From NCBI GenBank assembly GCA_005191425.1, contig SUPR01000045.1, forward strand, positions 1 through 27,631: a stretch of 27,631 nt of DNA. Direction: 5' to 3'. Made by a program: the position numbers and the translations under genes. This document shows positions 26,601 to 27,631 of the stretch, piece after piece; position 1 is the first letter of the stretch; each line of letters begins with the position of its first letter. The stretch comes from Candidatus Helarchaeota ASGARD archaeon Hel_GB_B. Lineage in GTDB: Archaea > Asgardarchaeota > Lokiarchaeia > Helarchaeales > HEL-GB-B. The notes under the pieces were generated by a model. It ran no database searches. It was given only the letters and a program-made list of their open reading frames with translations, and was not told the origin of the DNA.

Positions 26601-27140
26601 TTGGTTATATTAAATAGACTCATTATGCTTTTTGAATTAAAGAAAGTTTATTTAGATTTAAATATTGAAAAAATTAAGACTTTGCTTTTAAATCCCAAAT
26701 TTTGGGAAGCTATGGTAGAAAATACAAAAAGAATTTCTATAACTAAAATTAATTCCACGACATTACACCAAGAAATGCTACTTGAAGTTGAAATTGATTC
26801 TCTTGGGGTAATTAAAAGAGATGTTGAAACCATTCAAGATGTTATTTTCACTCAAGAAGGACCTATCGTTTATGAAAAAAAGAATTTGAAAATTCAAAAC
26901 ATTCATGTCCATGTGGAAAATAGTAATCAATTAAGCCATTTTGACGGACTTATAAAAATTGAAGAAAAACCTGGAAAAATCAGACTCACTTTTACTCTAA
27001 ATAATATTGGATTAAAAAATTCACTTGTTGAACTTTTAGGTTATACTTTAACGAATCGCAGACTTAAAAGAGAACTCAGAAAAATTATGGAAAAAGTATT
27101 TGAATATTCTAAAACTAATAAATTAAATATATTTTTTTAA
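26601..27140 (+). CDS. Hypothetical protein, possibly SRPBCC/START-like fold
   Basis: KIKTLLLNPKFWEAMV helix, a beta-rich middle and a long C-terminal helix resemble the SRPBCC topology (weak). Alternative start ATG 26625. Confidence 0.5.
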   Translation: MVILNRLIMLFELKKVYLDLNIEKIKTLLLNPKFWEAMVENTKRISITKINSTTLHQEMLLEVEIDSLGVIKRDVETIQDVIFTQEGPIVYEKKNLKIQNIHVHVENSNQLSHFDGLIKIEEKPGKIRLTFTLNNIGLKNSLVELLGYTLTNRRLKRELRKIMEKVFEYSKTNKLNIFF

Positions 27141-27254
27141 AAATGTTAAAAATGTTAAAATAAATACTAAAATTATAAATATTTTAAACTTATATTTTAT
27201 TGTAACTATTCACATGCTAATTATAGGCGAAATTTTAGAAAAGAAGGAAGACAA

Positions 27255-27631
27255 ATGTTTACTAGGCATGGAAGAACAGTATTAATGACTGGTATAATCT
27301 GCCTTTTATTAGGGTTAGGTTTCTATATATATTTTCTGACTATTTTAGGTAGTATACTAATATTTTCAGCTGTTATTGGTTATCCATTTTATTATTATTC
27401 ATTAAATTTAAAAGATGTTCAAATTATTCGCGAAATTGATAAGACAAAATCGTTTGTTGATGATTATATTATGGTCAAGCTTACTGTAAAAAACAATGGA
27501 AATAAAAGCATTGACTTCTTAGAGGTAGAGGACAAAATTCCTCCATTGGCATTTAAAATCGTTTTAGGCGAAAATAAAATTAGTACAAGATTAGACGGAA
27601 AATCTGAAATCAAATTTTCATATGTTTTATA
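27255..27631 (+). CDS. DUF58-family membrane protein, 5' part; runs off the window and is not in the ORF track
   Basis: Hand-translated MFTRHGRTVLMTGIICLLLGLG... with two N-terminal TM segments, then VKLTVKNNG..DFLEVEDKIP..F..VLGEN, typical of MoxR-associated DUF58 proteins. No stop before the window end. Confidence 0.72.
   Translation, partial: MFTRHGRTVLMTGIICLLLGLGFYIYFLTILGSILIFSAVIGYPFYYYSLNLKDVQIIREIDKTKSFVDDYIMVKLTVKNNGNKSIDFLEVEDKIPPLAFKIVLGENKISTRLDGKSEIKFSYVL

Noticed and set aside
2479-26833. Short ORF-track entries overlapping real genes (2479-2703, 3459-3668, 5312-5494, 8415-8597, 9382-9564, 11360-11557, 12561-12749, 12784-12987, 13326-13544, 13614-13862, 14043-14234, 17376-17720, 18767-19003, 25706-25948, 26648-26833)
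   Set aside because: All are antisense or off-frame shadows of well-supported genes, with no recognisable motifs or RBS.
1-27631. CRISPR arrays, insertion sequences, integrases or prophage genes
   Set aside because: No regularly spaced repeats, terminal inverted repeats, transposase or recombinase motifs were seen.

Overview
AT-rich archaeal chromosomal window, most likely from an Asgard archaeon (inferred from Rab/Arf-like small GTPases, ribosomal protein L13e and a very large glycosylated single-pass membrane protein). The core is the conserved archaeal information-processing cluster: RPA14-like OB protein, PCNA, PriL, PriS, GINS15, L44e, S27e, aIF2-alpha, TFS, an RNase III-family gene, and on the opposite strand rpoL, csl4, a METTL5-like methyltransferase and enolase. 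Metabolic genes (CBS-type family II pyrophosphatase, ADP-forming acyl-CoA synthetase alpha subunit, CooC) and two tRNA loci flank it. The most unusual items are: (1) a Rab-like GTPase fused to a CHAT (caspase/separase-clan) protease with an intact His/Cys dyad, followed by a second small GTPase; (2) a tRNA-Leu(UAG) with two introns at non-canonical positions; (3) L13e fused to three helix-hairpin-helix modules; (4) PriS, whose conserved N-terminus has no ATG/GTG/TTG start; (5) an unannotated 44-aa zinc-finger protein immediately upstream of the METTL5-like gene; (6) an 1855-aa receptor-like membrane protein with a multi-domain cytoplasmic tail. No CRISPR array or mobile element was seen. All family assignments come from motif recognition by eye, not from database searches.
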